This document shows, piece by piece, positions 36,486 to 46,831 of a stretch of 64,000 nt of DNA (position 1 is the stretch's first letter; every line of letters begins with the position of its first letter). Both the position numbers and the translations under genes were made by a program. Where the stretch lies: the NCBI GenBank assembly GCA_964629655.1, contig CAZVQU010000001.1:612056-676055 (forward strand), in the 5' to 3' direction. Origin of the DNA: an uncultured Planctomycetia bacterium (GTDB taxonomy: Bacteria; Omnitrophota; Gorgyraeia; Duberdicusellales; 4484-171). The notes beneath the pieces are model-generated. The model did not search any database, was not told the origin of the DNA, and saw nothing but the letters and a program-made list of their open reading frames with translations.

Positions 36486-38913
36486 AAGTACTAATATCGA
36501 AACTTCACCTCCTTGGGCAATAGTCTATGAGAGGTTTGAGCCGGCCGAGGAAGCTTTAAGGGAAGCGCTCTGCACATTAGGTAATGGTTACTTTGCAACC
36601 CGAGGCGCTGTCTCTGAATCAGTAGCTTCCAAGATCCACTATCCGGGAACCTATATTGCTGGGCTCTACAATCGCCTGGCAACTCACATAGCCGGCAGGA
36701 CAGTTGTTAACGAAGATATGGTGAATTGTCCTAATTGGATCTTTTTAACCTTTAAGATCGGCGATAGTGAGTGGTTTTATCCTTCAATGACCAGAATACT
36801 CTCCTTTAAGCAGAAACTTGATATGCGAAAAGGCATATTAAGTAGAAAAATCCGTTTTCAGAATCGAAAAGGGCATAAGACTTTTGTTGAGATGAATAGG
36901 ATTGTGCATATGGATAATCCTCATTGCGGGGCTTTTGAATATATTATTATTCCTGAAAATTACAATGAGTGGATTACTGTGAGGACAATGCTCGATGGCA
37001 CTGTACTTAATACCGGTGTAGAGAGGTATCGTCAGCTTAACTCTAAGCATTGGAAAGCTTCCTCTTTGGGTAGCTTTGAGAGAAACGGAATATTTCTTTC
37101 AATGAAAACTAGCCGCTCAAAGATTGAAGTTGCCGAGGCTGCCAAGACTCGGGTTTTTGCTTCTGAGAGAGAGATAAAGCCTGGTATCCGGCATCTTATG
37201 AAAGGTAAAGAGAGAATTGGTCAAGAGTTTAAATTTTTTGCCCGAGCAAGATCATCCTATCGAATTGAGAAAATAGTTTCAATTTATACCTCTAAGGATG
37301 AAGATGCCAGCGATCCGGTTTCAAGCTCAATTGCCTCTCTAAGGAAGCCACAGCGTTTTAAAAAACTACTTAAGACTCATCAGAAGAGGTGGGAGGAACT
37401 TTGGAAGAAGTTTGACATAAAAATCGAAGGCCATACCTTTTCACAGCGGATACTACGTTTTCATATCTTTCATCTCCTTCAAACTGCTTCTTTGCACAAT
37501 GTGAAGATTGACGCCGGCCTTCCGGCTCGAGGTTTGCATGGTGAAGCTTATCGTGGGCACATATTCTGGGATGAAATTTTTGCCATGCATTTGTATGATT
37601 TACACCTCCCTGATATTACCAAGGCCCTACTTCTTTATCGCTATAGGCGTCTTCCTAAAGCTAGAGAATATGCCAAGGAAGAAGGCTATAAGGGTGCGAT
37701 GTTTCCTTGGCAGAGTGGTTCTTCAGGCAAGGAAGAGACCCAAACAGTTCACTTAAACCCTCTTTCCGGTGAGTGGGGTCCTGACTATAGCCATCGCCAG
37801 AGGCATATTTCTTTTGCTATTTGCTACAATACTTGGCAGCATTGGAAGAGAACCGGTGATTTCGGCTTTTTAGTCCGTTATGGAGCTGAGATGATTCTTT
37901 CGATTGCCCGTTTTTGGGGAAGCTTGGTAAGGTACGACTCAAGTGAGGGAAGGTATTACACCAAGGGCGTTATGGGTCCGGATGAGTTTCATGAAAAGCT
38001 TCCCGGTTCATCGAGGCCAGGGTTAAAAGATAATGCTTATACTAATTTTATGGTTACTTGGACCTTGCTTAAAGCCCAAGAAGTTATTCGTCTTTTGCCC
38101 GAAGGCGGTAAGAGGCGGATTATGAAGAAGCTAAAGTTGGAGCAGAAAGAGCTTGCACGATGGGATAGGATTGCACATAAGATGAAGATAATAATAAACG
38201 ATAAAGGTATTATAAGCCAATTTGACGGTTATTTTGATTTAAAAGAATTAGATTGGCAGGGTTACAAGAGTGAATATGAGAATATCCAGAGGCTGGATAG
38301 GATTCTAAAGGCTGAAGGTGAATCACCGGATGCTTACAAGGTTTCAAAGCAGGCTGATCTACTAATGATATTTTACCTTCTGCCTCTTTTTGAGATAGAA
38401 GCTATTTTTAAAAGATTAGGTTATAATCTTGACAAAGATACTCTAAGAAAGAATTATAATTATTATGTCAGAAGAACTTCTCATGGCTCAACGATGAGCA
38501 AGGTTACTCATTGTTTTATTGCTCAAGCTTTAGGTAAGCCGAAAAGAGCCTGGGAGGGATTTCTGGATGTTCTTGAGTCAGACATTTATGATACCCAAGG
38601 TGGGACCACGCCTGAGGGCATTCATGTCGGAGTTATGGGTGGTTCTATTGATGTAGTCATAAGGGGTTTTGCCGGGGTGCGTATTGCTGAGGATAGAATT
38701 ATTGTTGAACCCAGGCTGCCCTTGAAGTGGCGTAGCATGAAATTCGGGTTTGTCTATAAAGGAATATGGATCTCGTTAATAATTACTAAACGCCAGGTAT
38801 CAGTCTTGGTCCAAGGCCAAATTACTATCCCGATAGAAATCAATGGTAAGGCCTATTATCCTCTCCTAGATAAGGTTTTAAAGGTTCCTTTCCGGAGAAA
38901 ACGCGTCAAATAA
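36460..38913 (+). CDS. Glycoside hydrolase family 65 disaccharide phosphorylase (trehalose / trehalose-6-P / kojibiose phosphorylase type); TTG start
   Basis: LGNGYFATRG N-terminal motif, YRGHIFWDE, the catalytic-acid region GVMGPDEFHE, and a C-terminal beta-sandwich. Confidence 0.8.
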   Translation: MKESSQLLKSTNIETSPPWAIVYERFEPAEEALREALCTLGNGYFATRGAVSESVASKIHYPGTYIAGLYNRLATHIAGRTVVNEDMVNCPNWIFLTFKIGDSEWFYPSMTRILSFKQKLDMRKGILSRKIRFQNRKGHKTFVEMNRIVHMDNPHCGAFEYIIIPENYNEWITVRTMLDGTVLNTGVERYRQLNSKHWKASSLGSFERNGIFLSMKTSRSKIEVAEAAKTRVFASEREIKPGIRHLMKGKERIGQEFKFFARARSSYRIEKIVSIYTSKDEDASDPVSSSIASLRKPQRFKKLLKTHQKRWEELWKKFDIKIEGHTFSQRILRFHIFHLLQTASLHNVKIDAGLPARGLHGEAYRGHIFWDEIFAMHLYDLHLPDITKALLLYRYRRLPKAREYAKEEGYKGAMFPWQSGSSGKEETQTVHLNPLSGEWGPDYSHRQRHISFAICYNTWQHWKRTGDFGFLVRYGAEMILSIARFWGSLVRYDSSEGRYYTKGVMGPDEFHEKLPGSSRPGLKDNAYTNFMVTWTLLKAQEVIRLLPEGGKRRIMKKLKLEQKELARWDRIAHKMKIIINDKGIISQFDGYFDLKELDWQGYKSEYENIQRLDRILKAEGESPDAYKVSKQADLLMIFYLLPLFEIEAIFKRLGYNLDKDTLRKNYNYYVRRTSHGSTMSKVTHCFIAQALGKPKRAWEGFLDVLESDIYDTQGGTTPEGIHVGVMGGSIDVVIRGFAGVRIAEDRIIVEPRLPLKWRSMKFGFVYKGIWISLIITKRQVSVLVQGQITIPIEINGKAYYPLLDKVLKVPFRRKRVK

Positions 38914-39015
38914 TCCTTTTTTAACTATTTTTTTCGCTTTTGGAAGATTTTTCTTTATGCTATAATAAGGCTTCAAAATTCTATATAGGTATATTATATA
39001 AAAGATAGGTTAAGA

Positions 39016-39666
39016 GTGGCTAAAGTGTCTAAAAAAATAGGTTGGGAGATAGCAAAGACAATTTCCTTTCCGATACTTCTTTTTCTGCTATTTTTAAGCG
39101 CTTATGCATTTTACAAACTAAGAGTAGCGTCTTATGTATCGGTCGAACTACAGGAAGATTTAAAAAAGTATCTTCTGACCATAGTGATTATTATAATAGG
39201 TTTTATTATCAAAAGGGTTATTGCCGGAGTCTCAACCTGGTATAAGGAGAATATTGCTTCTAAGACAGCTAGTAGTCTGGATGATCAGTTAATTCCTATC
39301 GCCAGACGACTATTAAAAGTTGCGGTTTGGATTGTCGTTCTTTTAATTATCCTGCCTCTTTACGGAATCGATATAAGTGCCTTAATTACTGCCTTAGGAG
39401 TAAGTTCTTTAGCGATTGCCTTGGCTGCCAAAGATACCATTGCCAATATTATTTCCGGGTTTATGATTATGATTGACAGGCCTTTTAGGATAGGTGATAG
39501 AGTTAAGATTCCTTCAGGAGAAGTGGTCGATGTTTTAGAAATCGGAGTAAGGCGTTCAAAGTTTTTATCCCAAGATAAAGCGATAGTAATTGTACCTAAT
39601 TTAGAGTTAAGCAAAAGCAAAATCATCAACTATACTTACGGAGAAGAGAGGAATGCCAAAGACTAA
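39016..39666 (+). CDS. Small-conductance mechanosensitive channel (MscS family); GTG start
   Basis: N-terminal TM helices, then the conserved MscS beta-domain (IISGFMIMIDRPFRIGDRVKI...GEVVDV). Confidence 0.7.
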   Translation: MAKVSKKIGWEIAKTISFPILLFLLFLSAYAFYKLRVASYVSVELQEDLKKYLLTIVIIIIGFIIKRVIAGVSTWYKENIASKTASSLDDQLIPIARRLLKVAVWIVVLLIILPLYGIDISALITALGVSSLAIALAAKDTIANIISGFMIMIDRPFRIGDRVKIPSGEVVDVLEIGVRRSKFLSQDKAIVIVPNLELSKSKIINYTYGEERNAKD

Positions 39667-41986
39667 AGATATCTATTCTAACTATATCAATGATGAGCTC
39701 TGGTTGATAAAGGAGACCGGGTGGGCAAAGGAGTCTCAGAGTGTGAAAGAGTCCCAGTTCTCTTTGGGTAATGGCTATTTAGGCACAAGAGGTATTTATG
39801 AGGAGATACCTTATGATTGCGCACCGGGAACTTATATCGCTGGGATTTATGACAAGATGGCTTCTCAGGTCTCTGAAATGGTCAATTTTCCCAATCCAAT
39901 TAACTTTAAGTTTGCTGTTGGGGGTGAGAAGCTTGGCTTAATCGCTATGGATACAATTGACCATAAGAGAATTCTTAATATGAAAAAGGCTGTGTTAGCA
40001 AGGCATACTATATATAAAGATAGCAAAAATAGATGCTATGATTACCAGTCAGCAAGATTCATTTCCCGACACGATAAAAATATAGGAGTTATGCAAATAG
40101 CATTAACCCCTTTAGATTCTGCCTGCGTATTGGATGTAAATACTGGTATCGATACTTCTGTTTCTAATGTTGGAGTTTTAACCGAGGGCCGGAAAAAGCA
40201 TTTTCGTATCAAGGAGCTAGGCCAGTATAAGGGGGCTGGTTTTCTTATTCAGGAAACCTTTGAGAAAAAATACACGGTAGTATATTGGGCCGGGTTTTAT
40301 TATCATATCAATAATAAAAAAGTATTGCCTAAGGATAATATATTTAGTCTTAAACTTAAGAAGAACCAGACAGTGGTGTTCACTAAGGTATTTTGTATAA
40401 AACATTACCCTTCCAAAGGCAGTCACGCAGCTCAAAAAAGAGATGCTTTTAATATATTCCACAAGTCTTTTAAGAGTGATTTTTCAACCCTTCTTAAAAA
40501 CCATATTGATGCCTGGGATAAACTATGGAAGAGGGCCGATGTTGTTATTGAGGGGACAGCTAATATTCAGCAGAATATGCGTTTCAATATATATCATATG
40601 CTCACCTGCCTTCATTGCGATAATGGGTTTTCAAGTATTGGTGCAAGAACCTTAAGTGGCGAAGGATATCGGGGACACATATTTTGGGATGCAGAGATTT
40701 TTCTCCTGCCGTTTTATCTCTTTACTTTTCCTAAAGCAGCAAAGAATATGCTTCTCTATCGCTACCAAAGGTTAGAAGAATCAAGAAAAATCGCTAAAGG
40801 GAATGGCTATAAAGGTGTGCAGTTTGCCTGGGAGTCAGCCGGTACCGGGGAAGAAGAGACTCCAACCTGGGCTATAGATATTGACCGGACAATTATCAAG
40901 ATACATACCCATAAGATGGAGCACCATTTAACTGCTGATATTGCTTATGCTATTAACAAGTATTATATAGCTACTGGTGATGATAAATTTATGCAAGATG
41001 CTGGATATGAAATGCTTATAGAGACAGCAAGATTCTGGGCTTCACGGGTTAAGTATAATAAGAAGAAGGATAAGTATGAGATCAAACAGGTTATTGGCCC
41101 GGATGAGTTTCACGTTGCCGTAGATAATAATGCTTTTACCAATATGATGGCTAAGTGGAATTTATTATTGGTAGTTAAGATGCTGGAGAGGCTAAAGAAA
41201 AAAGCTAAAGTTTACAATAAGATAAGTAAAAAATTAGATTTAAAAGATAAGGAAATAAAGTCCTGGAAGAGAATCGCTTCCAAGATAATTACTCGGATGA
41301 ATAAGAAGAATATCATTGAACAGTCTGATGGTTTTTTTAAATTAAAAAAAGTCGCTCTTAATAGAACCGATGAGAACGGTATTCCGCTTATACCTTCAAA
41401 GATAAGAGCAAAGGATTTAGGCAAGACTCAGATAGTAAAGCAGGCCGATGTTTTAATGCTTATTTATCTACTTGGTGATATATTCAGTGCAAAGACAAAA
41501 CTTGCTAACTATGATTTTTATATCTCTCGTACAGTACATAAGTCTTCTCTAAGTGCTCCGATGCATGCTTTCATTGCTTCTGAGGTTGGAGATTTACAGA
41601 GGGCCTATAGTCTTTTTAATGTTGCTATGCGCACAGATATAAGTAATCTTTACGGAAATACTGCCGAGGGAGTCCATGCTGCATCTTTGGGAGGTACCTG
41701 GCAGGCTCTGGTTTTTGGTTTTGGTGGGGTTGTTATTAGGAATAGTGAATTATTTATAAATCCTCGCATGCCCCGTTCTTGGCGTAAGCTTAAGTTTTCT
41801 TTAAGTTGGCGAGACAGCTTAATCAAATTGCAAGTAACTAACGATATCATAAAGATAAAAGTATCTTGCTCTAAGCACAAAAAGACAAAAATAGGCATAT
41901 TTGATAAGTTGAGGATTATCAAAACCAACAAAATTCATACTTTCAAAAGGCATATTCATGGAGCGGTGAAGGAGGCGTATTACTAA
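39653..41986 (+). CDS. Second GH65-family disaccharide phosphorylase
   Basis: LGNGYLGTRG, YRGHIFWDAE and QVIGPDEFH motifs. About 30% identical by eye to the upstream GH65. Confidence 0.8.
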   Translation: MPKTKDIYSNYINDELWLIKETGWAKESQSVKESQFSLGNGYLGTRGIYEEIPYDCAPGTYIAGIYDKMASQVSEMVNFPNPINFKFAVGGEKLGLIAMDTIDHKRILNMKKAVLARHTIYKDSKNRCYDYQSARFISRHDKNIGVMQIALTPLDSACVLDVNTGIDTSVSNVGVLTEGRKKHFRIKELGQYKGAGFLIQETFEKKYTVVYWAGFYYHINNKKVLPKDNIFSLKLKKNQTVVFTKVFCIKHYPSKGSHAAQKRDAFNIFHKSFKSDFSTLLKNHIDAWDKLWKRADVVIEGTANIQQNMRFNIYHMLTCLHCDNGFSSIGARTLSGEGYRGHIFWDAEIFLLPFYLFTFPKAAKNMLLYRYQRLEESRKIAKGNGYKGVQFAWESAGTGEEETPTWAIDIDRTIIKIHTHKMEHHLTADIAYAINKYYIATGDDKFMQDAGYEMLIETARFWASRVKYNKKKDKYEIKQVIGPDEFHVAVDNNAFTNMMAKWNLLLVVKMLERLKKKAKVYNKISKKLDLKDKEIKSWKRIASKIITRMNKKNIIEQSDGFFKLKKVALNRTDENGIPLIPSKIRAKDLGKTQIVKQADVLMLIYLLGDIFSAKTKLANYDFYISRTVHKSSLSAPMHAFIASEVGDLQRAYSLFNVAMRTDISNLYGNTAEGVHAASLGGTWQALVFGFGGVVIRNSELFINPRMPRSWRKLKFSLSWRDSLIKLQVTNDIIKIKVSCSKHKKTKIGIFDKLRIIKTNKIHTFKRHIHGAVKEAYY

Positions 41987-43182
41987 TGGGGACAAATAGT
42001 CTCAGTATCGCTCATTTTCACTGGGGATTCCCTCCGATAATTGGTGGAGTAGAGACTCATCTTACTATACTCTTACCCCAACTAGTGAAGTTAGGCCATA
42101 AGGTCAGCTTACTTACTGGTTCAATAGAAGGCTCTAAAGCGAGGTCTAAATATGAGGGGGCCCAGATTTACCGGACTCCGATTATGGATTTAAACTGGCT
42201 CTACAAACGGGGCTTAAGTGGTTTGGAAGAAGAGATCAAGAAAACTTTTGCTTCTTTTCTAGAGGATAGCCGTCCTGACATTGTTCATGTTCACAATATG
42301 CATTATTTTAGTCAAATTCATGTCAAGACCTTGGAGGGCCTGAGCAAGAAAAGAGGAATTCCCTTTGTTCTTACTGCCCATAATGTTTGGGATGACATCC
42401 TTTTTCTGGAGCTGACCCATAGGATAGATTGGTCCCAGATTATTGCTGTAAGCCACTTTATAAAAAAGGAAATTATCGGTATCGGCATAGATGATAAGAA
42501 GATTACTGTTGTTCACCATGGGGTAGATCAGGATAGGTTTACTCCCGGAGTAGATACAAAAGCAATATTAGCTAAGTATCCGCAACTTAAGGGTAAGAAA
42601 GTAATATTCCATCCGGCCCGGATTGGTTTAGCTAAAGGTTGTGATTTTAGCATTAAAGCTATGAACATAGTGAGACAGAAGAATCCTGATGCTTTGTTGG
42701 TTCTGGCCGGATCGAAAAACATTATTGATTGGGGAGGCAGCCAACAGAAAGACATTGCTTATTTGGTAGATTTGATAAAACACTTTGATATGGATGATAG
42801 TGTTTTGATAGATATGTATACCCTAGATGAGGTAAAGGAACTATATGAGGTAAGCGATATTTGTCTCTACCCTTCTTCTGCGCCTGAACCTTTCGGGTTA
42901 ACTATGCTTGAGGCTATGTCTATGGCTAAGCCGATGATCGTTACCAATATGGGGGGAATGCCCGAAATTATTAAGCATGGGATTAACGGCTTTGTTGTCC
43001 CGGTTAGGGATTTTGAGGCTATGGCAGGAAAGGTATGCCAATTGTTAGAGGATACAAAATTAAAAGAAAGGTTTGGCTATACCGGAAGACAAATGGTTGA
43101 GTCACAGTATACTAAAGAAAAAGTGACCGAGGAGACCCTGGGGGTTTATAAAAAAGTGATGAGTAGCAAAATAAGGAGTTAG
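41986..43182 (+). CDS. GT4-family (GT-B) glycosyltransferase
   Basis: N-terminal GGVETH, and a C-terminal EPFGLTMLEAMSMAKPMIVTNMGG...E motif (the GT4 E-x7-E region). The start overlaps the upstream stop. Confidence 0.75.
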   Translation: MGTNSLSIAHFHWGFPPIIGGVETHLTILLPQLVKLGHKVSLLTGSIEGSKARSKYEGAQIYRTPIMDLNWLYKRGLSGLEEEIKKTFASFLEDSRPDIVHVHNMHYFSQIHVKTLEGLSKKRGIPFVLTAHNVWDDILFLELTHRIDWSQIIAVSHFIKKEIIGIGIDDKKITVVHHGVDQDRFTPGVDTKAILAKYPQLKGKKVIFHPARIGLAKGCDFSIKAMNIVRQKNPDALLVLAGSKNIIDWGGSQQKDIAYLVDLIKHFDMDDSVLIDMYTLDEVKELYEVSDICLYPSSAPEPFGLTMLEAMSMAKPMIVTNMGGMPEIIKHGINGFVVPVRDFEAMAGKVCQLLEDTKLKERFGYTGRQMVESQYTKEKVTEETLGVYKKVMSSKIRS

Positions 43183-43183
43183 A

Positions 43184-45067
43184 GTGACTAAAGATTATTC
43201 CAATTTTTTAAAGGGGAAATTAAGTAAGGAGAGTTTTGAGAAGCTTTTGGCTTTAGAAAATTCTAAGGTTATTGACTTTGTTGGAGAGTATGTGGAGCTT
43301 TGTAACCCGGATTCAGTTTTTATCCGCACAGATACTCTTGCCGATTCAACTTACCTAAGAGAAAAGGCTAAGGCTTTGAGTGAAGAGAAGAGTTTAAAAA
43401 TCCAAGGCCACACAATTCATTTTGATAGCCCGCTTGATCAGGCCCGAGATAAAAAGAATACCAAGTATCTTGTCTCTAAAGACCTAAAGGCTCAAAGCTA
43501 TTTAAATAGTCTTGATTATGACCAGGGGACGGCTGAGGTAAGAGGGATATTAAAGGATATCATGAAGGGCAAAGAGATGTTTGTGTGTTTCTTCTGTTTA
43601 GGCCCGGTTGATTCTGACTTTTCGATTTTAGCAGTGCAGATTACTGACTCCTCTTATGTAGTCCACTCCGAGGATATCCTTTATCGACCAGGCTATGAGC
43701 AGTTGAAGAAAAACAAAGGCCAGGGAGAATTTTTTTCGTTTGTGCATTCGGCCGGAGTTTTAGAGAATAATGTAAGTAAAAATGTAGATAAACGAAGAGT
43801 GTATATTGACTTGGAGAATAATTTAGTCTATAGCGTAAATACTCAATACGCCGGTAATACCGTAGGTTTGAAAAAACTTTCCCTAAGGCTTGCCATAAAA
43901 AAGGCTTACCAGGAAGGCTGGCTTGCTGAGCATATGTTCGTAATGAATGTTGCAAGAGAAGACGGAAAAAAGGCTTATTTTTGCGGAGCTTATCCCAGCA
44001 TGTGTGGTAAGACTTCTACAGCTATGCTTCAGGGCGAATCAATTATCGGAGATGATATAGCTTATTTGCGAGCCAAAGACGGCAAAGCTTATGCTGTAAA
44101 CGTAGAGAGGGGTATTTTTGGTATTATCAAAGATGTAAATCCTAAAGATGATCCAGTGCTGTTTGAATCTTTGACTAAGCAAGGAGAGGTTATCTTTTCT
44201 AATATTTTAATCGATGAAGACAAGGAAGTCTTCTGGATTGGCAAGAGCAAGGAAGTCCCTCCCAGAGGGATCAATTATGCTGGAGCCTGGAGACCGGGGC
44301 AAACTAACGCCGAAGGCGGGGAAATTACGCCATCGCATAAGAATGCTCGTTACACTATAAGATTAAAAGATTTAAAGAATGTAGACGAGAATTTAGAAAA
44401 ACCCCAAGGGGTTGAGGTCAAAGGGCTAGTTTACGGTGGAAGAGATTCTGACACCTCTGTTCCCGTAGAACAAGCTTTATCTTGGCAGCAGGGGATTATT
44501 ACTAAAGCAGCAAGCCTAGAGTCAGAGACAACAGCTGCTACTTTAGGCAAGGAAGGAGTAAGAGTCTTTAACCCTATGGCTAATATGGATTTTTTATCCA
44601 TTCCTCTGGGAAAATATATAGAGGCAAATTTAGGATTTGCCGAAAAACTAACCGAGGAGCCTCTGATATTTTCAGCCAACTACTTCTTAAGAAATAAGAA
44701 TGGTGAGTTTTTAAATGGAATTCAAGATAAACGGGTTTGGCTTAAGTGGATGAGATTGCGATCCGAAAGCTCGGTAAAGGCGTTAATAAGCCCGACAGGA
44801 TTAATACCCGAATATCGAGATTTAAAGAAACTGTTCAAAGAGATTCTAGATAAAGATTATAGTGAAGCTGAATATGTTGAGCAGTTTACCATAAGAATAC
44901 CAGAGAATCTGGCAAAGATAGAGAGAATTAAAAGTATCTATAAAAAATTAGAGGGAATCCCTTCTGGGCTTTTTACTGAATTAGATGCTCAAAGTGAGCG
45001 CTTAAAAGAAGCTCAAAAGGGAAATGGAGATTATATTAATCCTACAAATTTATCTTGTGAGGTGTAG
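43184..45067 (+). CDS. pckG: Phosphoenolpyruvate carboxykinase (GTP-dependent); GTG start
   Basis: Kinase-1a motif [17 protein letters not shown], and the size and overall pattern of GTP-PEPCK. Confidence 0.75.
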   Translation: MTKDYSNFLKGKLSKESFEKLLALENSKVIDFVGEYVELCNPDSVFIRTDTLADSTYLREKAKALSEEKSLKIQGHTIHFDSPLDQARDKKNTKYLVSKDLKAQSYLNSLDYDQGTAEVRGILKDIMKGKEMFVCFFCLGPVDSDFSILAVQITDSSYVVHSEDILYRPGYEQLKKNKGQGEFFSFVHSAGVLENNVSKNVDKRRVYIDLENNLVYSVNTQYAGNTVGLKKLSLRLAIKKAYQEGWLAEHMFVMNVAREDGKKAYFCGAYPSMCGKTSTAMLQGESIIGDDIAYLRAKDGKAYAVNVERGIFGIIKDVNPKDDPVLFESLTKQGEVIFSNILIDEDKEVFWIGKSKEVPPRGINYAGAWRPGQTNAEGGEITPSHKNARYTIRLKDLKNVDENLEKPQGVEVKGLVYGGRDSDTSVPVEQALSWQQGIITKAASLESETTAATLGKEGVRVFNPMANMDFLSIPLGKYIEANLGFAEKLTEEPLIFSANYFLRNKNGEFLNGIQDKRVWLKWMRLRSESSVKALISPTGLIPEYRDLKKLFKEILDKDYSEAEYVEQFTIRIPENLAKIERIKSIYKKLEGIPSGLFTELDAQSERLKEAQKGNGDYINPTNLSCEV

Positions 45068-45069
45068 CT

Positions 45070-45951
45070 ATGAGTAATGATTTAGGACCGAGGAGTTTAA
45101 AACTGTTTAAAAAAGGAAAAGTGAGGAATGTTTATAATTTAGGAGAGCAATTGTTAATGGTTGCTACTGACAGGATATCTTGTTTTGACTCTGTTTTAGC
45201 TACCCCGATTCCTGATAAAGGGAAAATTCTAACTCAAGTTTCCTTATTTTGGTTTTCATTCTTAAAAGACACAGTAGAAAACCATCTTATCTCAACAAGC
45301 CTAGAAGATCTACCCGATTCGGTCGAAGATAAGAATAAGTTAGAAGGGCGCTTTATGATTACTAAGAAGTGCGAGGTTATACCTTTTGAGTGTGTAGTTA
45401 GAGGTTATCTTTCTGGTTCAGGGTGGAAAGAATACAAAGCTAAACAAAGCGTTTGTGGGATAGAGTTGCCGGCTGGTTTAAAAGAGTCAAGTAAATTAGC
45501 CGAGCCTATCTTTACCCCGGCCACTAAAGCTGAAACCGGGCATGATGAGAATGTAAGTTTTGATTATATGAAGAATTCGATAGGAGAAGATTTAGCTAAC
45601 AGGGTAAGAGACACCAGCATTGCTATTTACAACAAGGCTGCCGAATATGCCCAAAGTAAAGGCGTGATTATTGCTGATACCAAGTTTGAATTTGGTATTT
45701 ATGGCGATACATTCATCTTAATTGATGAAGTTTTAACTCCCGATTCGTCTCGTTTCTGGCCCAAGGATGATTATGAACCTGGAAGGCCACAGGCAAGTTT
45801 TGATAAACAATTCGTTCGTGATTATCTAGAAATTTCCGGTTGGGATAAGACCCCTCCTGCTCCTGTCTTACCCGATGGGGTAGTATCTAAGACTCAAGAG
45901 AAGTACAAGCAAGTTTTGAAGATGCTTACTGGTAGTGATTTCGCCGAATAG
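45070..45951 (+). CDS. purC: Phosphoribosylaminoimidazole-succinocarboxamide synthase
   Basis: GKVRNVY...[19 protein letters not shown] synthetase motifs. Confidence 0.85.
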   Translation: MSNDLGPRSLKLFKKGKVRNVYNLGEQLLMVATDRISCFDSVLATPIPDKGKILTQVSLFWFSFLKDTVENHLISTSLEDLPDSVEDKNKLEGRFMITKKCEVIPFECVVRGYLSGSGWKEYKAKQSVCGIELPAGLKESSKLAEPIFTPATKAETGHDENVSFDYMKNSIGEDLANRVRDTSIAIYNKAAEYAQSKGVIIADTKFEFGIYGDTFILIDEVLTPDSSRFWPKDDYEPGRPQASFDKQFVRDYLEISGWDKTPPAPVLPDGVVSKTQEKYKQVLKMLTGSDFAE

Positions 45952-46039
45952 TATTGACAATTGCCAGATATATAGTATTTTATAGTATCATCTTATATTT
46001 ATTAATATTACCAAGAGTTAAGTAAAAAAAGCAGGAATA

Positions 46040-46831
46040 ATGGAGATAGTAGTCTGCATAAAACAAGTCCCCGGTACCACAGATGTAAAGATTAACCCTG
46101 AGACTAATACCTTAATAAGGGAAGGGGTTGAGTCTATCATTAATCCTTTTGATATGTATGCTATCGAGGAAGCAGTAAGATTAAAAGAGCGTTTCGGCGG
46201 TCATGTATCAGTTATTACTATGGGGCCACCTCAAGCCGAGGCTGCTTTAAGAGAGGCTATTTCTTTGGGTATAGATTCAGCAATCCACCTTTGCGATAGA
46301 GCCTTTGCCGGCTCAGATACCTGGGCTACAAGTTTAATCTTAGCTAAAGCTATTGAGAAAATCAATAATTGTGATTTAGTAATTTGTGGCAAACAAGCCT
46401 CAGATGGAGATACTGCTCAGGTAGGCCCAGGTATAGCTACTCACCTCAATCTGCCTCAGGCTACTTATGTTCGCAGAGTAGACTCTGTACATCTTGACAC
46501 TGCCCCTAAAATTATGGTGGTAGAGAGATTGCTTGAGGAAGGTTATGAATTAATAGAGCTTGGACTGCCAGCACTGATTACAGTAGTAAAAGAAATAAAT
46601 GAACCAAGATTACCCTCACTAAGAGGGAAGATGAGTTCGAGAAAGGCTGAAATTGCTCTTTGGGGTAATAAGGATTTGGGTTTGTCTGAAAATCAGATCG
46701 GCCTGAATGGTTCGCCTACTCAAGTAGTTAAGATATTCACACCACCCCACAAAGAGGGTGGAAAGACTTTCCAGGGAGAACCTCAGGAAATAGTAGACAA
46801 ACTATTTGAAGAGATAAAAGATATACTATGA
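46040..46831 (+). CDS. etfB: Electron transfer flavoprotein beta subunit
   Basis: MEIVVCIKQVPGT N-terminus, as in EtfB/FixA. Confidence 0.8.
   Translation: MEIVVCIKQVPGTTDVKINPETNTLIREGVESIINPFDMYAIEEAVRLKERFGGHVSVITMGPPQAEAALREAISLGIDSAIHLCDRAFAGSDTWATSLILAKAIEKINNCDLVICGKQASDGDTAQVGPGIATHLNLPQATYVRRVDSVHLDTAPKIMVVERLLEEGYELIELGLPALITVVKEINEPRLPSLRGKMSSRKAEIALWGNKDLGLSENQIGLNGSPTQVVKIFTPPHKEGGKTFQGEPQEIVDKLFEEIKDIL

Noticed and set aside
45954-45982. TTGACA upstream of etfB as a promoter
   Set aside because: No acceptable -10 hexamer at 16-18 nt spacing (the only candidates are ATTTTA at 17 nt, or TATAGT at 11 nt or 21 nt), so it was not reported as a feature.
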